Source: Pedobacter sp. (lineage in GTDB: Bacteria > Bacteroidota > Bacteroidia > Sphingobacteriales > Sphingobacteriaceae). Taken from it: a stretch of 64,000 bases of DNA. Below, piece by piece: positions 27,718 through 38,034 of the stretch. Below the pieces are notes generated by a model. The model was not told the DNA's origin and did no database searches. It was given only the letters and a program-made list of their open reading frames with translations. The DNA lies in assembly GCA_045629525.1 (NCBI GenBank), contig JAZQRH010000012.1, positions 24,023 through 88,022 of the forward strand, in the 5' to 3' direction. The translations under genes and the position numbers were made by a program. Position 1 is the first letter of the stretch. Each line of letters opens with the position of its first letter.

Positions 27718-28548
27718 TTATAATTCTACTGCATTTAAAAATTTTAGACTTTTTTCGCAAACTTCAAAAAGCTGCGGGGGTAAACTGTCGCCAGGGTAGG
27801 GATGCACGGCACCATATACATGGTTTGCTCCTTCAATTTTCACTAACTTACATGAGGGGTTGGAGTTTGCTAATTTCTCTGCGGTTGAGTATGGAACGTT
27901 CACATCGTCATCACCTTGTATAATTAACCAAGGAATATTGATTTTTTTCGCTGCGGACAAAATATTGAGTAAATCCGCATTTTCTTCGAAATCTTCTAAT
28001 AAAGTAAGGTTTAATGGGAGCTTCTCTTTTGTTCTGGCGTTTATTACTTCAATACGACCAGTTTTTCGCCAATCTTTTTCTTGCTCTTTCTTCCATAAGG
28101 AATTGAAGGCCGCTATCGAACTCCAAGTAACAAGCCCTTTCACATACGGATTATTGGCTGCTTGCAAAATACTCAACCCTCCGCCACGGCTGTGACCGAT
28201 CAAGGAAACATCCTTTACACCTAAATAATTATTAGCGTGATTTATAATGATGTTTATATCAAACAATTCCTTGCTAAACGTATTCGAGGCAAAATCTTCA
28301 ATGTTGGTTACATCTCTAAAGTTTTTATAGGTAACTCCGCTATGTGAAACATTAAATTTTAAATAGCGAAATCCGTTTTGCGCAAAATACCTAGCCACAA
28401 GATGGTGAGCACCCCAATCTTTAAATCCTTTAAAGCCGTGTATAAAAACAATGACAGGTGTAAATGTGTTTTTATCGTCGTAAGTTAAATCGCCAAATAG
28501 CGGCTTATTGTTGGCGCCCATTAATGAGAATTGTTCCGTTTGTATCAT
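27718..28548 (-). CDS. Alpha/beta hydrolase
   Basis: HGFKGFKDWG, GHSRGG nucleophile motif, IQGDDD and GANH. Confidence 0.85.
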   Translation of the reverse strand: MIQTEQFSLMGANNKPLFGDLTYDDKNTFTPVIVFIHGFKGFKDWGAHHLVARYFAQNGFRYLKFNVSHSGVTYKNFRDVTNIEDFASNTFSKELFDINIIINHANNYLGVKDVSLIGHSRGGGLSILQAANNPYVKGLVTWSSIAAFNSLWKKEQEKDWRKTGRIEVINARTKEKLPLNLTLLEDFEENADLLNILSAAKKINIPWLIIQGDDDVNVPYSTAEKLANSNPSCKLVKIEGANHVYGAVHPYPGDSLPPQLFEVCEKSLKFLNAVEL

Positions 28549-28575
28549 GGTTAAAAAATCTGTATCAATAATAAC

Positions 28576-28609
28576 AAAAAAAGGCCTTTTTAGATTTTAA
28601 AAAGGCCTT
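28576..28609 (-). terminator. Terminator of the T9SS cargo gene
   Basis: AAGGCCTTTTTA/TAAAAAGGCCTT stem with an A7 tract on its left (U-tract on minus strand). Confidence 0.7.
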
Positions 28610-28627
28610 AGATATTTTAACGCATTA

Positions 28628-30595
28628 CTATTTTGTTATTTTGAGAACTTTCTCAACGTGTTTTCCAGTTATTTTTAATAAATACATTCCTGATTTTAAA
28701 TCCGAAACATCAATACTTTCTTTATCTGTTTCTTTAAAAGTAAGAGATTTAACTAATCTGCCATCTAAGTCATAAATCTTTAAAGTGTTGAAATTGTGTT
28801 CTTTACTCACGATGTTTATAACATTAACTACAGGATTTGGATAAACTTCAATATTAGCTTCGTTTAAATTAGCTATTCTTAATGATTTGGTTCCAAGATC
28901 GGTACGGTTCCCATCCAAATCATACTGTATTAGCTTGTAGTAGTTTATTCCAATAGTTGGATAGCTGTCTGTGATATGGTAAGTACTATTACTCCCTTTA
29001 GCGTTGACTTTGGTTAATTCGCTAAAATTTATCCCGTCCGTACTCTTTTGTAACTCGAAATGACTGTTGTTTTTCTCGATGGCTGTTTCCCAGGAAATTG
29101 AAGCTCTTTCATTTGTTTTTTTCACTGAGAAATTTACCAAATCAACCGGAAGTGTATGGTCAAAAGTGAAGTATTCGATGGCGCCTCCATTGCTAACAGT
29201 TGCATTTGCCAGATTAAGCTTACCAACAAATAAATTTCTTTGCGTTGGTGAAAAAGCAATAGATGAACCAAATTTTGCACCCTGACTCGGTTCATTAGAA
29301 ACTAAATGTTTAATATTAGCTGGTAATACGTCAGCTATTTCTATACCATTTTCTATTTTGGTTTTGTAAAAGTGTACAGCTCCAGCATTGGTTATTGAAT
29401 TTACGGTTGCTTCCGGATTTCCAACTGCAATGATGTTGCCATTTTTAACTATTGAGGTGCTAAATTTGCCATGACTAAAAGCTGGAGTAGAAAACGATTG
29501 AATTGAGCCTACCTCTTTACCACTATAGTTTTGTGGAGTTGTGTCATAATTATCTGGTGTTAATTCCCTTTTGAAACAGTGTACTCTATTGTTTTCTGGA
29601 TAATTGATAAAAAATGATGTTGGAGTTGTTATAATTCTACTACCAAATAGTGGGCTAGAGCCATTTTGTGCTGAGTACGATTGTATACCTTTCCATCTTC
29701 CTGTGCTGGCTAAATTATTGTTGTTGTCTACAGTTCTAAATCTTATTACATATCCTTTGCCACTACTAACAACTCTGGTTGATACGAATAAATCATCACC
29801 ATCAAAATGAATATTTTCTCCAAAGTAAGGCTCATTAGGAAAAGAATATACTAAATCATTTGAAGTGGGCGTAGAAAATGTTCCATCAGCATTTAATGTA
29901 TATATTAACACAAAGCCATAATTGGAGTAATCAGTAGTGTAAATGCTGTGTCGGTAGTAAACGTTTCCCGAAATTGCTATTTTATTTCCGTTAACAGCTA
30001 TTTTTTTTCCGAAGATTTTGGATAAAATCACAAGATTATCTTTTGCAAAGAAGCTGTCGTTTGGTATATTTATAACCCCTGTTGTACTAGAAAGAACATT
30101 GATAGGATCTGCGCTTAAACTCTGTGTAAACGCACTAGTAGAAAAGTAACTTATTTGGTTATTTTGCTGTGCAGCAGATAGTAAATATTCATGTTGCCCA
30201 TTTTTTATGATCGAAATGTCTCGTCCAGGAGCTTGTTTTTCGGAAAAGGCTGCGGATAAATCAGTATTATTAACATTAGGTAATGCTACTTGGGCCGATA
30301 GCGCTAATGTTTTGCTACTGTTATCAATATTTATTTTATTTAAAATGCCTAAATACTGAGTTCCCGAGGTACTGTAAGCATTCTTTATAGATGTATAAAG
30401 CGTATGGTCGGTAGCCAGCAATGTATTGCCAAATAAACCATCAGCTGTCAAATAGGCGCTGTTAGTTGTGGTAGTGTAAGTGTTGGTTGCTGCTGCATTC
30501 AGGGTGGCTCTATAGCTGAAATCTGGTGACGAAGTTTGAGCATAGGTTAGTGTGGCAGCATTAGAAAGTAAAAATAAGAGTAAAATTCTTTTCAT
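28628..30595 (-). CDS. T9SS type-A sorting-domain protein with FG-GAP-like repeats
   Basis: Signal peptide; repeated FG..I...G...(I/F)V(G/S) blades; TLPVDLVNF..W.T..E.NNSHF Ig-like module; C-terminal VYPNP..IYDLDG..SGMYLLKI. Confidence 0.85.
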   Translation of the reverse strand: MKRILLLFLLSNAATLTYAQTSSPDFSYRATLNAAATNTYTTTTNSAYLTADGLFGNTLLATDHTLYTSIKNAYSTSGTQYLGILNKINIDNSSKTLALSAQVALPNVNNTDLSAAFSEKQAPGRDISIIKNGQHEYLLSAAQQNNQISYFSTSAFTQSLSADPINVLSSTTGVINIPNDSFFAKDNLVILSKIFGKKIAVNGNKIAISGNVYYRHSIYTTDYSNYGFVLIYTLNADGTFSTPTSNDLVYSFPNEPYFGENIHFDGDDLFVSTRVVSSGKGYVIRFRTVDNNNNLASTGRWKGIQSYSAQNGSSPLFGSRIITTPTSFFINYPENNRVHCFKRELTPDNYDTTPQNYSGKEVGSIQSFSTPAFSHGKFSTSIVKNGNIIAVGNPEATVNSITNAGAVHFYKTKIENGIEIADVLPANIKHLVSNEPSQGAKFGSSIAFSPTQRNLFVGKLNLANATVSNGGAIEYFTFDHTLPVDLVNFSVKKTNERASISWETAIEKNNSHFELQKSTDGINFSELTKVNAKGSNSTYHITDSYPTIGINYYKLIQYDLDGNRTDLGTKSLRIANLNEANIEVYPNPVVNVINIVSKEHNFNTLKIYDLDGRLVKSLTFKETDKESIDVSDLKSGMYLLKITGKHVEKVLKITK

Positions 30596-30760
30596 ATTAT
30601 ATCGATTAGTTTCCTCAAATATTCAAAGATGAAAGGTTATAAAATAGGTGGAGTTTATGAACCTCCATAATTTTGCTATGAAACAGTATTTTAAGTTTAT
30701 GAGTATCCTATAATACGGTTTAAGAATTCAGGTAATTAATTGATTAAATGTAGCTTATTA

Positions 30761-30779
30761 GTTTAAAATCATTCTAAAT
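30761..30779. promoter_or_regulatory. Palindromic Fur-like box upstream of hemA
   Basis: GTTTAAAATCATTCTAAAT, an 8-1-8 inverted repeat with one mismatch (TTTAaAAT-n-ATTCTAAA). Confidence 0.5.
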
Positions 30780-30824
30780 TAACCTTATTTACAGCTTAAT
30801 GACAGACAAAATGCTTTGCGTTGT

Positions 30825-30832
30825 TACTTTTG
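30825..30832 (+). promoter_or_regulatory. -7 element of hemA promoter
   Basis: TACTTTTG, 27 nt before the TTG start. Confidence 0.6.
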
Positions 30833-30859
30833 TGGCACTAAAATTAAGGACTACCCATT

Positions 30860-32086
30860 TTGGAATATTTAAAAGTAATTGCTTTTACTCATAAACACAT
30901 AGACCTGAAAGCGCTAGGCAAACTGGTAATATGTGAGCAAACTTTGGATGATCGTTTACGTAACATCCAGCGTGAGTTAAATGTAAACGAAATATTCTAC
31001 GTTGGTACCTGCAACAGGGTAGAGTTCATATTTACTTCCGAAGAACAGTTAGATAAAGCATTCATCACTAAATTTTTAAGAGTACTTGATATGGGTTTAC
31101 CCGAAGAGTATATCGAGAATTTTGTGAACAATGTAACAAGTTTTGAAAAACTGGAAGCCTTCAATCACCTGTTGCGTACTTCTTGCTCTCTAGAGAGTTT
31201 GGTGGTTGGGGAGAAAGAGATTTTAGCTCAAATCCGTAAAGCTTATGATGCGTGTAAGGAAGCTGGTTTTACTGGCGATTATATGCGTATGATTATGGAT
31301 AGAGTGGTTAAAACAGCGAAAGAAGTTTATACGCATACCAATATTTCTAGAAATCCAGTTTCTGTGGTTTCGCTTGCCTACAGAAAGTTGCGTGAGTTAA
31401 ATATGTGTGGTAGCTCTCGGTTACTGATTATTGGTGCTGGAGAAACCAATCTCAATATTGCGCAATATTTAAAGAAACATACCTTTTCCAACTTTGCGGT
31501 GTTTAATAGAACTTTGGAGAAAGCAGAAGTGCTCGCTAAGGAATTAAATGGCAAAGCATATCCTTTAAGTGCATTATCGAGTTATAAGGAAGGTTTCGAT
31601 GTAATTATTACTTGTACTGGTTCAACAGAACCGGTAATTACCAAGGAGATTTACCAGTCGTTGTTAAATGGCCAAACCGATAAAAAGGTTATTGTAGACT
31701 TAGCCGTTCCTAACGATGTGGCTGCCGATGTTAGAGCAGAGTTTCCTTTGCACTACATAGAGGTAGAATCACTTAAAGAAGTAGCTCGTAAGAATATTCA
31801 AGAACGTTATGATGAGTTGGTAAACGCCGAGCACATTATTGACGAAAACATCAAAGATTTCGATTCGGTATTGCGTCAACGTAGAATTGAAATTGCGATG
31901 GGTGATGTGCCTAAGAAAATCAAAGAAATTAAGCAAACGGCTATTAACGGTGTGTTTGCCCAAGAAATTGAAGGCTTAGATGAACACTCTAGAGCGGTGT
32001 TGGAGCGTGTGATCAACTACATGGAAAAGAAATATATCAGCGTGCCCATGGTAATGGCTAAAGAAATTTTGGTCAAAAACAGCTAG
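30860..32086 (+). CDS. hemA: Glutamyl-tRNA reductase
   Basis: TCNRVE, SLESLVVGEKEILAQ, SVVSLA, IIGAGE and DLAVP.D motifs; TTG start. Confidence 0.96.
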   Translation: MEYLKVIAFTHKHIDLKALGKLVICEQTLDDRLRNIQRELNVNEIFYVGTCNRVEFIFTSEEQLDKAFITKFLRVLDMGLPEEYIENFVNNVTSFEKLEAFNHLLRTSCSLESLVVGEKEILAQIRKAYDACKEAGFTGDYMRMIMDRVVKTAKEVYTHTNISRNPVSVVSLAYRKLRELNMCGSSRLLIIGAGETNLNIAQYLKKHTFSNFAVFNRTLEKAEVLAKELNGKAYPLSALSSYKEGFDVIITCTGSTEPVITKEIYQSLLNGQTDKKVIVDLAVPNDVAADVRAEFPLHYIEVESLKEVARKNIQERYDELVNAEHIIDENIKDFDSVLRQRRIEIAMGDVPKKIKEIKQTAINGVFAQEIEGLDEHSRAVLERVINYMEKKYISVPMVMAKEILVKNS

Positions 32087-32200
32087 TCGCTTCCTTCTAC
32101 TCATTCAAAACATTTCTGACTATTGCCTTGTCTTTTTATAGTAATATTATAGATGGCGATATTTTTACGCTCCAATGCCTATATCCCTCATAAAAATTAA

Positions 32201-32208
32201 TAAATTTG
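32201..32208 (+). promoter_or_regulatory. -7 element upstream of hemC-D
   Basis: TAAATTTG, 22 nt before the GTG start. Confidence 0.5.
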
Positions 32209-32230
32209 CTAAAAAACTTACGTAAATAAA

Positions 32231-33808
32231 GTGAAGAAAGTAATTATTGGTACTCGTGGTAGTGATTTGGCGTTGTGGCAAGCAAACTACACCAAAGATA
32301 GATTAGCCAGCATTGGGATAGAGGCAGAACTAAAAATCATTAAAACGCAGGGCGATAAAATCCTGAACCTCAGGTTGGATAAGCTAGAAGGTAAGGGTTT
32401 TTTCACTAAGGAGTTAGAGGAAGAGTTGCTAGCTGGTACGATTGATATGGCCGTTCATTCTCATAAAGATTTACCAACAACCAATCCTCCTGGTTTAATC
32501 ATCGCTGCAGTACCAGAGCGTGAAGACTCTGCAGAATTGTTGTTAATACTGAAAGATTGCGTAGATGTAACTCAAAAATTGTCGCTTAAGAAGGGCGCAA
32601 TGGTGGGTACGTCTTCCAACAGACGTAAAGCACAACTTCTGGCTGCTCGCCCAGATTTAAATATAGAAGATTTACGAGGTAACGTACCTACACGTATCCA
32701 AAAACTACGCGACGAAAATTACGATGCCATTGTACTTGCAAAGGCAGGCGTTAGTCGTCTGGGCTTAGACCTCAGTGAATTTCACGTAGAGGTTGTAGAT
32801 ACTACAGAGTTAGTGCCAGCACCCGCTCAAGGAGCTTTAGCCATTCAAATTAGAGAAAGCGATACTGAGCTTTTTAACGAGCTTCAAAAAATACACAATC
32901 CGGCAATTGCCGAAGCTATTGCGGTAGAGCGTAAGGTGTTAAACCTGTTTGAAGGTGGCTGCCATATGCCTCTGGGTTGTTACTGCAAAAAGGAAAACGA
33001 TCAGTTCGAAGTTTGGACCTCGAAGGCTGAAAGCGATGAGCATTTTCCAGATCGTTTTTACATTAAATCGGCTACTTCCGCAGGCTTAGCTGAACAGATT
33101 GTTGCGAAGTTCAATACAGAAAGAAAATTCCCTGCGCAGGTTTTTATAACCAGAGAAGTAGGAGAGCATAGCTATTTCGGCAAAGCTTTAGCTAAACACA
33201 ATATGCAAATTGATGGACGTTCATTAATTCGAACTTTTCCTATCGTTACCGTTATAGATGATTTCTTCCTCAAAAATGCTGATTGGATTATGTTTAGCAG
33301 TAGAAATGCTGTTGAATACTTCTTCAAACTAAATCCGGTATTACCGAAAAAGGTAAAATTTGCTGTTGTAGGAAGAGGCTCTGAAGATTCCCTTCGCAAA
33401 GTTGGTCACTTGGCTGATTTTGTAGGTGAAGGAGGAGATATTCTAGAAGTTGCCGAAGAATTTGCGAAAATAGTAGCCGGAACAACTGTGGTATTTCCTA
33501 GGGCACAGGATTCTTTACTGACCATGCAGAAATTCTTAACGCCAGATACTAAAATTATAGACTTGCCTATCTACGAAACGGTTCAAGAAGAAAATGTAGC
33601 GGGTTCTTCTGCAGAGGTGCTTATCTTCACTAGCCCAAGCAACGTCGAGGCTTATTTTGTAGATAACTTGCTAGAATCAGGTCAAAAAGTTATAGCGATT
33701 GGAAGCTCTACAGGCAAAAAGTTTGATGATATGGGCGTGCCTTATGCATTGCCTTATTCGCCAGATGAGATTGGCTTGGCTGAAGCTGTTTTCGGCATCG
33801 AGTTATAA
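32231..33808 (+). CDS. hemC: Hydroxymethylbilane synthase / uroporphyrinogen-III synthase fusion (HemC-HemD)
   Basis: GTRGSDLALWQA, KGFFTKELE, AVHSHKD, GTSSNRR, RGNV.TR, LFEGGC; C-terminal HemD-like domain (FSSRNAV..F, AVVG.GS, FTSPSNV..Y, AIG.STG). Confidence 0.95.
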   Translation: MKKVIIGTRGSDLALWQANYTKDRLASIGIEAELKIIKTQGDKILNLRLDKLEGKGFFTKELEEELLAGTIDMAVHSHKDLPTTNPPGLIIAAVPEREDSAELLLILKDCVDVTQKLSLKKGAMVGTSSNRRKAQLLAARPDLNIEDLRGNVPTRIQKLRDENYDAIVLAKAGVSRLGLDLSEFHVEVVDTTELVPAPAQGALAIQIRESDTELFNELQKIHNPAIAEAIAVERKVLNLFEGGCHMPLGCYCKKENDQFEVWTSKAESDEHFPDRFYIKSATSAGLAEQIVAKFNTERKFPAQVFITREVGEHSYFGKALAKHNMQIDGRSLIRTFPIVTVIDDFFLKNADWIMFSSRNAVEYFFKLNPVLPKKVKFAVVGRGSEDSLRKVGHLADFVGEGGDILEVAEEFAKIVAGTTVVFPRAQDSLLTMQKFLTPDTKIIDLPIYETVQEENVAGSSAEVLIFTSPSNVEAYFVDNLLESGQKVIAIGSSTGKKFDDMGVPYALPYSPDEIGLAEAVFGIEL

Positions 33809-33944
33809 ATACCGTAATATGTAAAACTTAGGTAAAGTATCTACAAATGACAGTTTCCTAAGAATTTAGATAAATAAGATTTGCATTTTTGTAACGCTAA
33901 CAAGGTCGATTTAGATTGTGTTGGAGTTTCAATTTATACGCTGT

Positions 33945-34916
33945 ATGATGTTACATAGACCACGTAGGTTAAGAAAAAATCCTGTTGTAAGAGAGATGAT
34001 CGCAGAAACTAAACTATCGAAAGATATGTTTGTGTATCCTTATTTCGTAGTGCCAGGAAATAATATTACTCACGCTATTGATGCTATGCCTGGTATCAAC
34101 CATTTTTCAACCAATACTTTAATAAAAGATGTAGAGAAGGGTTTAAAATTAGGTGTAAATAAAATTATGCTTTTTGGCGTTGGCGATGAGAAAAGCGAAG
34201 ATGCGCACAGTGCATTCGATCCCAATTCTTTAGTGCCGGTTGCTGTACGCGAGTTGAAAAAGCAATTTGGTGATGATTTGTATGTAGTTACCGACGTTTG
34301 TGTTTGTTCATACACTAATCACGGTCATTGCGGCATTATGCATAACGATTATGTTCAAAATGATCTTACTGTTGATTTGATTGCAAAGATGGCTTTGACA
34401 CATGCCGAAGCAGGGGCCGATATGTTAGCGCCTTCAGATATGATGGATGGTCGGGTCCGCAACATGCGAGAAAAACTTGACGCAGCTCATTTTGAAAATG
34501 TTGCCATCATGAGTCACGCTACTAAATTTGCATCGGCGTATTACGGACCGTTTAGAGAAGCAGCTGATTGTGCACCAAATAAAGGCGATAGAAAGGCTTA
34601 CCAGATGGATTTTCGTAATCCGGAAGAAGCATTACGCGAAGCTTTGCTAGACCAAGAAGAAGGTGCTGATATTTTAATGGTTAAGCCTGGTTTGGCTTAT
34701 TTAGATATCATTGCCAAGTTAAAGCAAAATACAAATTTGCCTTTGGCAGTTTACAATGTATCTGGAGAATACTCTATGATAAAAGCTGCAGCAGAAAAAG
34801 GTTGGATTGACGAACAAAAAGTAGTGATGGAAACCATGTACGCTTTCGCAAGAGCTGGAGCAAGCGTTATTACTACCTACCACATTAGAGATATTGTAGA
34901 AAATAATTGGATGTAA
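33945..34916 (+). CDS. hemB: Porphobilinogen synthase (Zn-type)
   Basis: RPRRLR, DVCVCSYTNHGHCG, APSDMMDGRV, ASAYYGPFREA, MVKPG and YNVSGEY; start at ATG 33945 or 33948. Confidence 0.96.
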   Translation: MMLHRPRRLRKNPVVREMIAETKLSKDMFVYPYFVVPGNNITHAIDAMPGINHFSTNTLIKDVEKGLKLGVNKIMLFGVGDEKSEDAHSAFDPNSLVPVAVRELKKQFGDDLYVVTDVCVCSYTNHGHCGIMHNDYVQNDLTVDLIAKMALTHAEAGADMLAPSDMMDGRVRNMREKLDAAHFENVAIMSHATKFASAYYGPFREAADCAPNKGDRKAYQMDFRNPEEALREALLDQEEGADILMVKPGLAYLDIIAKLKQNTNLPLAVYNVSGEYSMIKAAAEKGWIDEQKVVMETMYAFARAGASVITTYHIRDIVENNWM

Positions 34917-35003
34917 AAGTAGTAGGTTATAAGTTTTACTTAACAAGTTGACTTCGCATTCCCTAAACGTAAAATCTATAACTTATTACCTATAATTTAA
35001 CAA

Positions 35004-36302
35004 ATGCAAGACATATCAAGAGCCAAGTCGGCCGAATTATACGAGAAATCGAAAACCTATTTTCCTGGAGGCGTAAACTCGCCAGTAAGGGCATTTAAGT
35101 CTGTTTACGGTACGCCATTGTTTATCGAAAAAGGAGATGGGCCCTATATTTGGGATGCCGATGGTAATAAATTTATCGACTTTTGTGCGAGCTGGGGCCC
35201 ACTAATTTTAGGGCACAACAACGCTAAAATTAGAGAGAAGGTTACAAAGGTAATGCAAAACGGAATGAGTTTCGGCGCACCAACGGCTTTAGAAAATGAA
35301 TTGGCCGAGCTCATCATCGAAAATAATCGTTTTGTAGATAAAATACGTTTCACCAGTTCTGGTACAGAAGCGGTGATGTCTGCTATACGTTTGGCCCGAG
35401 GCTTTACACGGCGCAATAAAATCATCAAGTTTGAAGGCTGTTACCACGGTCACAGCGATTCGCTTTTAGTGAAGGCGGGTTCTGGTTTGGTTACTTTCGG
35501 AGAAACCTCATCGGCGGGTGTGCCAAAAGCTTTTGCAGATGAAACCATAGTAATTGCTTTGAACGACAAAAATGCGGTGACTGAAGCGTTCTCACAATTT
35601 AAGGATGATGTTGCTGCGGTAATTATTGAGGGTATTCCTGCAAACAACGGCTTGCTTATTCAAGATAAAGATTACGTAGAATTTTTAAGTGCTAAATGTA
35701 AGGAAAATGGTGCGTTACTAATTTTCGACGAAGTAATTACCGGCTTTAGAGTAGGTTTTGAAGGTGCTGCCGCTTATTATGGCATTACACCTGATATTGT
35801 AACTTACGGAAAAATTATTGGCGGTGGTTTACCAGTAGGCATGTATGGTGCAAGTAACGCTATTATGGCGCACGTTTCGCCAGATGGTGGCGTTTATCAA
35901 GCAGGTACACTATCGGGTAATCCGGTGGCTATGGCCGCAGGTATTGCTGCGTTGAGTATTTTGAATACTCCAGGTTTTTATGAGAACTTAAACGCTACTA
36001 CAAAAGCGTTTGTAAACGATATTGAGGCTCATATTGCCGAGAAAAACTATCAACTAAAAATTTTTACTGTAGGTTCTATTTTTTGGTTCGCATTTACTGA
36101 TAAGGAAATAAAAACAGCCGAAGATATTGATCCGGCAAGTATGGATAAGTTTAAAGTAATGCACCGTGAATGTTTAAACAGAGGGGTTTATTTTGGCCCA
36201 TCGGGTTATGAAGTTGGCTTTATTAGTGCTGCCCATACACAAGCGGAGCTAAATAGGGCCAAGGAAGTTATTTTCGAAGCTTTGGCTGTAGTGTTTGCGT
36301 AA
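35004..36302 (+). CDS. hemL: Glutamate-1-semialdehyde 2,1-aminomutase
   Basis: PGGVNSPVR, SSGTEA.MSA.RLAR, GCYHGH, FDEVITGFR, GKIIGGGLP and AGTLSGNP. Confidence 0.97.
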   Translation: MQDISRAKSAELYEKSKTYFPGGVNSPVRAFKSVYGTPLFIEKGDGPYIWDADGNKFIDFCASWGPLILGHNNAKIREKVTKVMQNGMSFGAPTALENELAELIIENNRFVDKIRFTSSGTEAVMSAIRLARGFTRRNKIIKFEGCYHGHSDSLLVKAGSGLVTFGETSSAGVPKAFADETIVIALNDKNAVTEAFSQFKDDVAAVIIEGIPANNGLLIQDKDYVEFLSAKCKENGALLIFDEVITGFRVGFEGAAAYYGITPDIVTYGKIIGGGLPVGMYGASNAIMAHVSPDGGVYQAGTLSGNPVAMAAGIAALSILNTPGFYENLNATTKAFVNDIEAHIAEKNYQLKIFTVGSIFWFAFTDKEIKTAEDIDPASMDKFKVMHRECLNRGVYFGPSGYEVGFISAAHTQAELNRAKEVIFEALAVVFA

Positions 36303-36337
36303 AACGAAGTTTGTATTGTGTACAGGAGGAGTTTTTT

Positions 36338-36381
36338 AAACCCGATTGAAGTGAGCACGAAGTAAAACGGAAAGCGGGACT
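36338..36381. repeat. REP-like element (copy 2, short)
   Basis: AAACCCGATTGAAGTG...AAAACGGAAAGCGGGACT; shares CCCGAT/AGCGGG ends with 11637-11700. Confidence 0.5.
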
Positions 36382-36459
36382 GAAGATACCTAGTATTACA
36401 GGATTTTGTTTTTTCGAAAAAAAATAATGGTTAAATTAAGCCAAGCATATAGGTAAAGG

Positions 36460-37326
36460 ATGAAAAAGTCTATCATTATATTTTATATCTTGTTGTTTTA
36501 CGCCTTAGGCCAGTTGGTAAGCTGGGGTATTTTGGTGGTAAAAATTGATGAAGATAAATTGCCCATGATTATGGGTGAGGGCGCTGTTTTCCTTTTTCTA
36601 TTGGGTATTGGTGCTTATTTTATTCATGCCTCGATTAAAAAGGAAGGCAAGCTGCAGGAAAATCAGCAAAACTTCTTGATGTCGGTTACGCACGAGCTAA
36701 AATCGCCTTTGGCTGCTATCAAACTATCGTTGCAAACTATTGTTAGAAGAGAGTTGGATAAGGAACAGCGAGATGTTTTAATTAAAAACTCGCTGAAGGA
36801 TGTAGAGCGCTTGGATGATTTAGTAGAAAACATGTTGTTGGCCACCAAGATCGAAAGTAAGACTTATTCGTTTCCTAAAGAGGTGTTTGATTTTTCGGAT
36901 CTGGTTAATAAAGTGTCGGATAGATTGCAGGTGCACTCTTGTGGATGCGAACAAATTGTAACGACTAAAATCGAACCTAACATTAAAATTGAGGGCGATA
37001 AATTTGCATTATCTTCGGTAGTGAATAACTTGGTAGAAAACGCCATTAAATATTCGGGACCATGTGCCGAAATTACAGTAGAGCTCTGTCAAATTGACGG
37101 TAAACCTAAATTGGTGGTCTCTGACAAGGGTTTAGGCATTCCTGACGAGGAAAAGATGCATATTTTCGACAAATTTTATCGCGTGGGCGATGAAAACGTT
37201 CGAAAATCGAAAGGTACGGGACTTGGCTTGTTTATTGTTAAGGAAGTATTACAGAAACACGACGCTGATATTAGCGTGAAAGATAACGTACCACACGGTG
37301 CAATTTTTGAAGTAACATTTAGTTAG
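36460..37326 (+). CDS. Sensor histidine kinase with two closely spaced TMs and no extracytoplasmic domain
   Basis: H-box SVTHELKSPL, N-box NNLVENAIKY, DKGLGI, FDKFYR and GTGLGL. Confidence 0.93.
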   Translation: MKKSIIIFYILLFYALGQLVSWGILVVKIDEDKLPMIMGEGAVFLFLLGIGAYFIHASIKKEGKLQENQQNFLMSVTHELKSPLAAIKLSLQTIVRRELDKEQRDVLIKNSLKDVERLDDLVENMLLATKIESKTYSFPKEVFDFSDLVNKVSDRLQVHSCGCEQIVTTKIEPNIKIEGDKFALSSVVNNLVENAIKYSGPCAEITVELCQIDGKPKLVVSDKGLGIPDEEKMHIFDKFYRVGDENVRKSKGTGLGLFIVKEVLQKHDADISVKDNVPHGAIFEVTFS

Positions 37327-37329
37327 CAT

Positions 37330-38034
37330 ATGTCACAAAAACTAAGAATTTTGTTGGTTGAAGACGAGGATCACTTGTTAGATGCCATTAAGTTGAACCT
37401 CGAACTTGAGGGATATAAAGTACACGCCGTTAAAGATGGCAAAACAGCACTTAAAGTTTTCAAAGAAGAACGCTTTAATTTGATAATATTAGATGTAATG
37501 TTGCCAGAGATGGATGGTTTCCAGGTTTGCGAAACTATTCGTTTAGAGAATTCGGACGTGCCAATTTTATTTTTAACTGCTAAAAATACAAGCGAAGATA
37601 GAGTGATGGGGCTTAAAAAGGGAGCTGATGATTATTTGGTGAAACCTTTTAACCTAGAGGAACTTATTTTACGTGTTGGCATTTTGGTAAAACGTAGTTT
37701 AAAACCAGACGACTTGAAAGAGCTAAACTCTTACAAAATTGGTGATAAAACAATTTATTTCAACTCTTTTGAATTGAAACATGATGATGGCACTGTAGTA
37801 CCTTTAACCAAAAAGGAAACGATGTTGTTAAAGCTTCTAATTGAGCGTAAAAACGAAGCAGTTTCGCGTGAGCAAATTCTAGAAACGGTTTGGAATTATG
37901 ATGTTTATCCGTCTACAAGAACAATTGATAACTTTATTTTAACTTTCCGTAAATATTTCGAGCCTGATCAGAAAAATCCGGTTTACTTTCATTCAATTAG
38001 AGGGGTAGGTTATAAGTTTACAGACGTTAGCTAA
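37330..38034 (+). CDS. OmpR-family response regulator
   Basis: ILLVEDE, ILDVMLP, FLTAK, GADDYLVKPF; winged helix SREQIL..VW..RTIDNFI..SIRGVGY. Confidence 0.95.
   Translation: MSQKLRILLVEDEDHLLDAIKLNLELEGYKVHAVKDGKTALKVFKEERFNLIILDVMLPEMDGFQVCETIRLENSDVPILFLTAKNTSEDRVMGLKKGADDYLVKPFNLEELILRVGILVKRSLKPDDLKELNSYKIGDKTIYFNSFELKHDDGTVVPLTKKETMLLKLLIERKNEAVSREQILETVWNYDVYPSTRTIDNFILTFRKYFEPDQKNPVYFHSIRGVGYKFTDVS

Noticed and set aside
32231-33808. HemC-HemD fusion as a novelty
   Set aside because: Such fusions are already known; recorded as a feature only.
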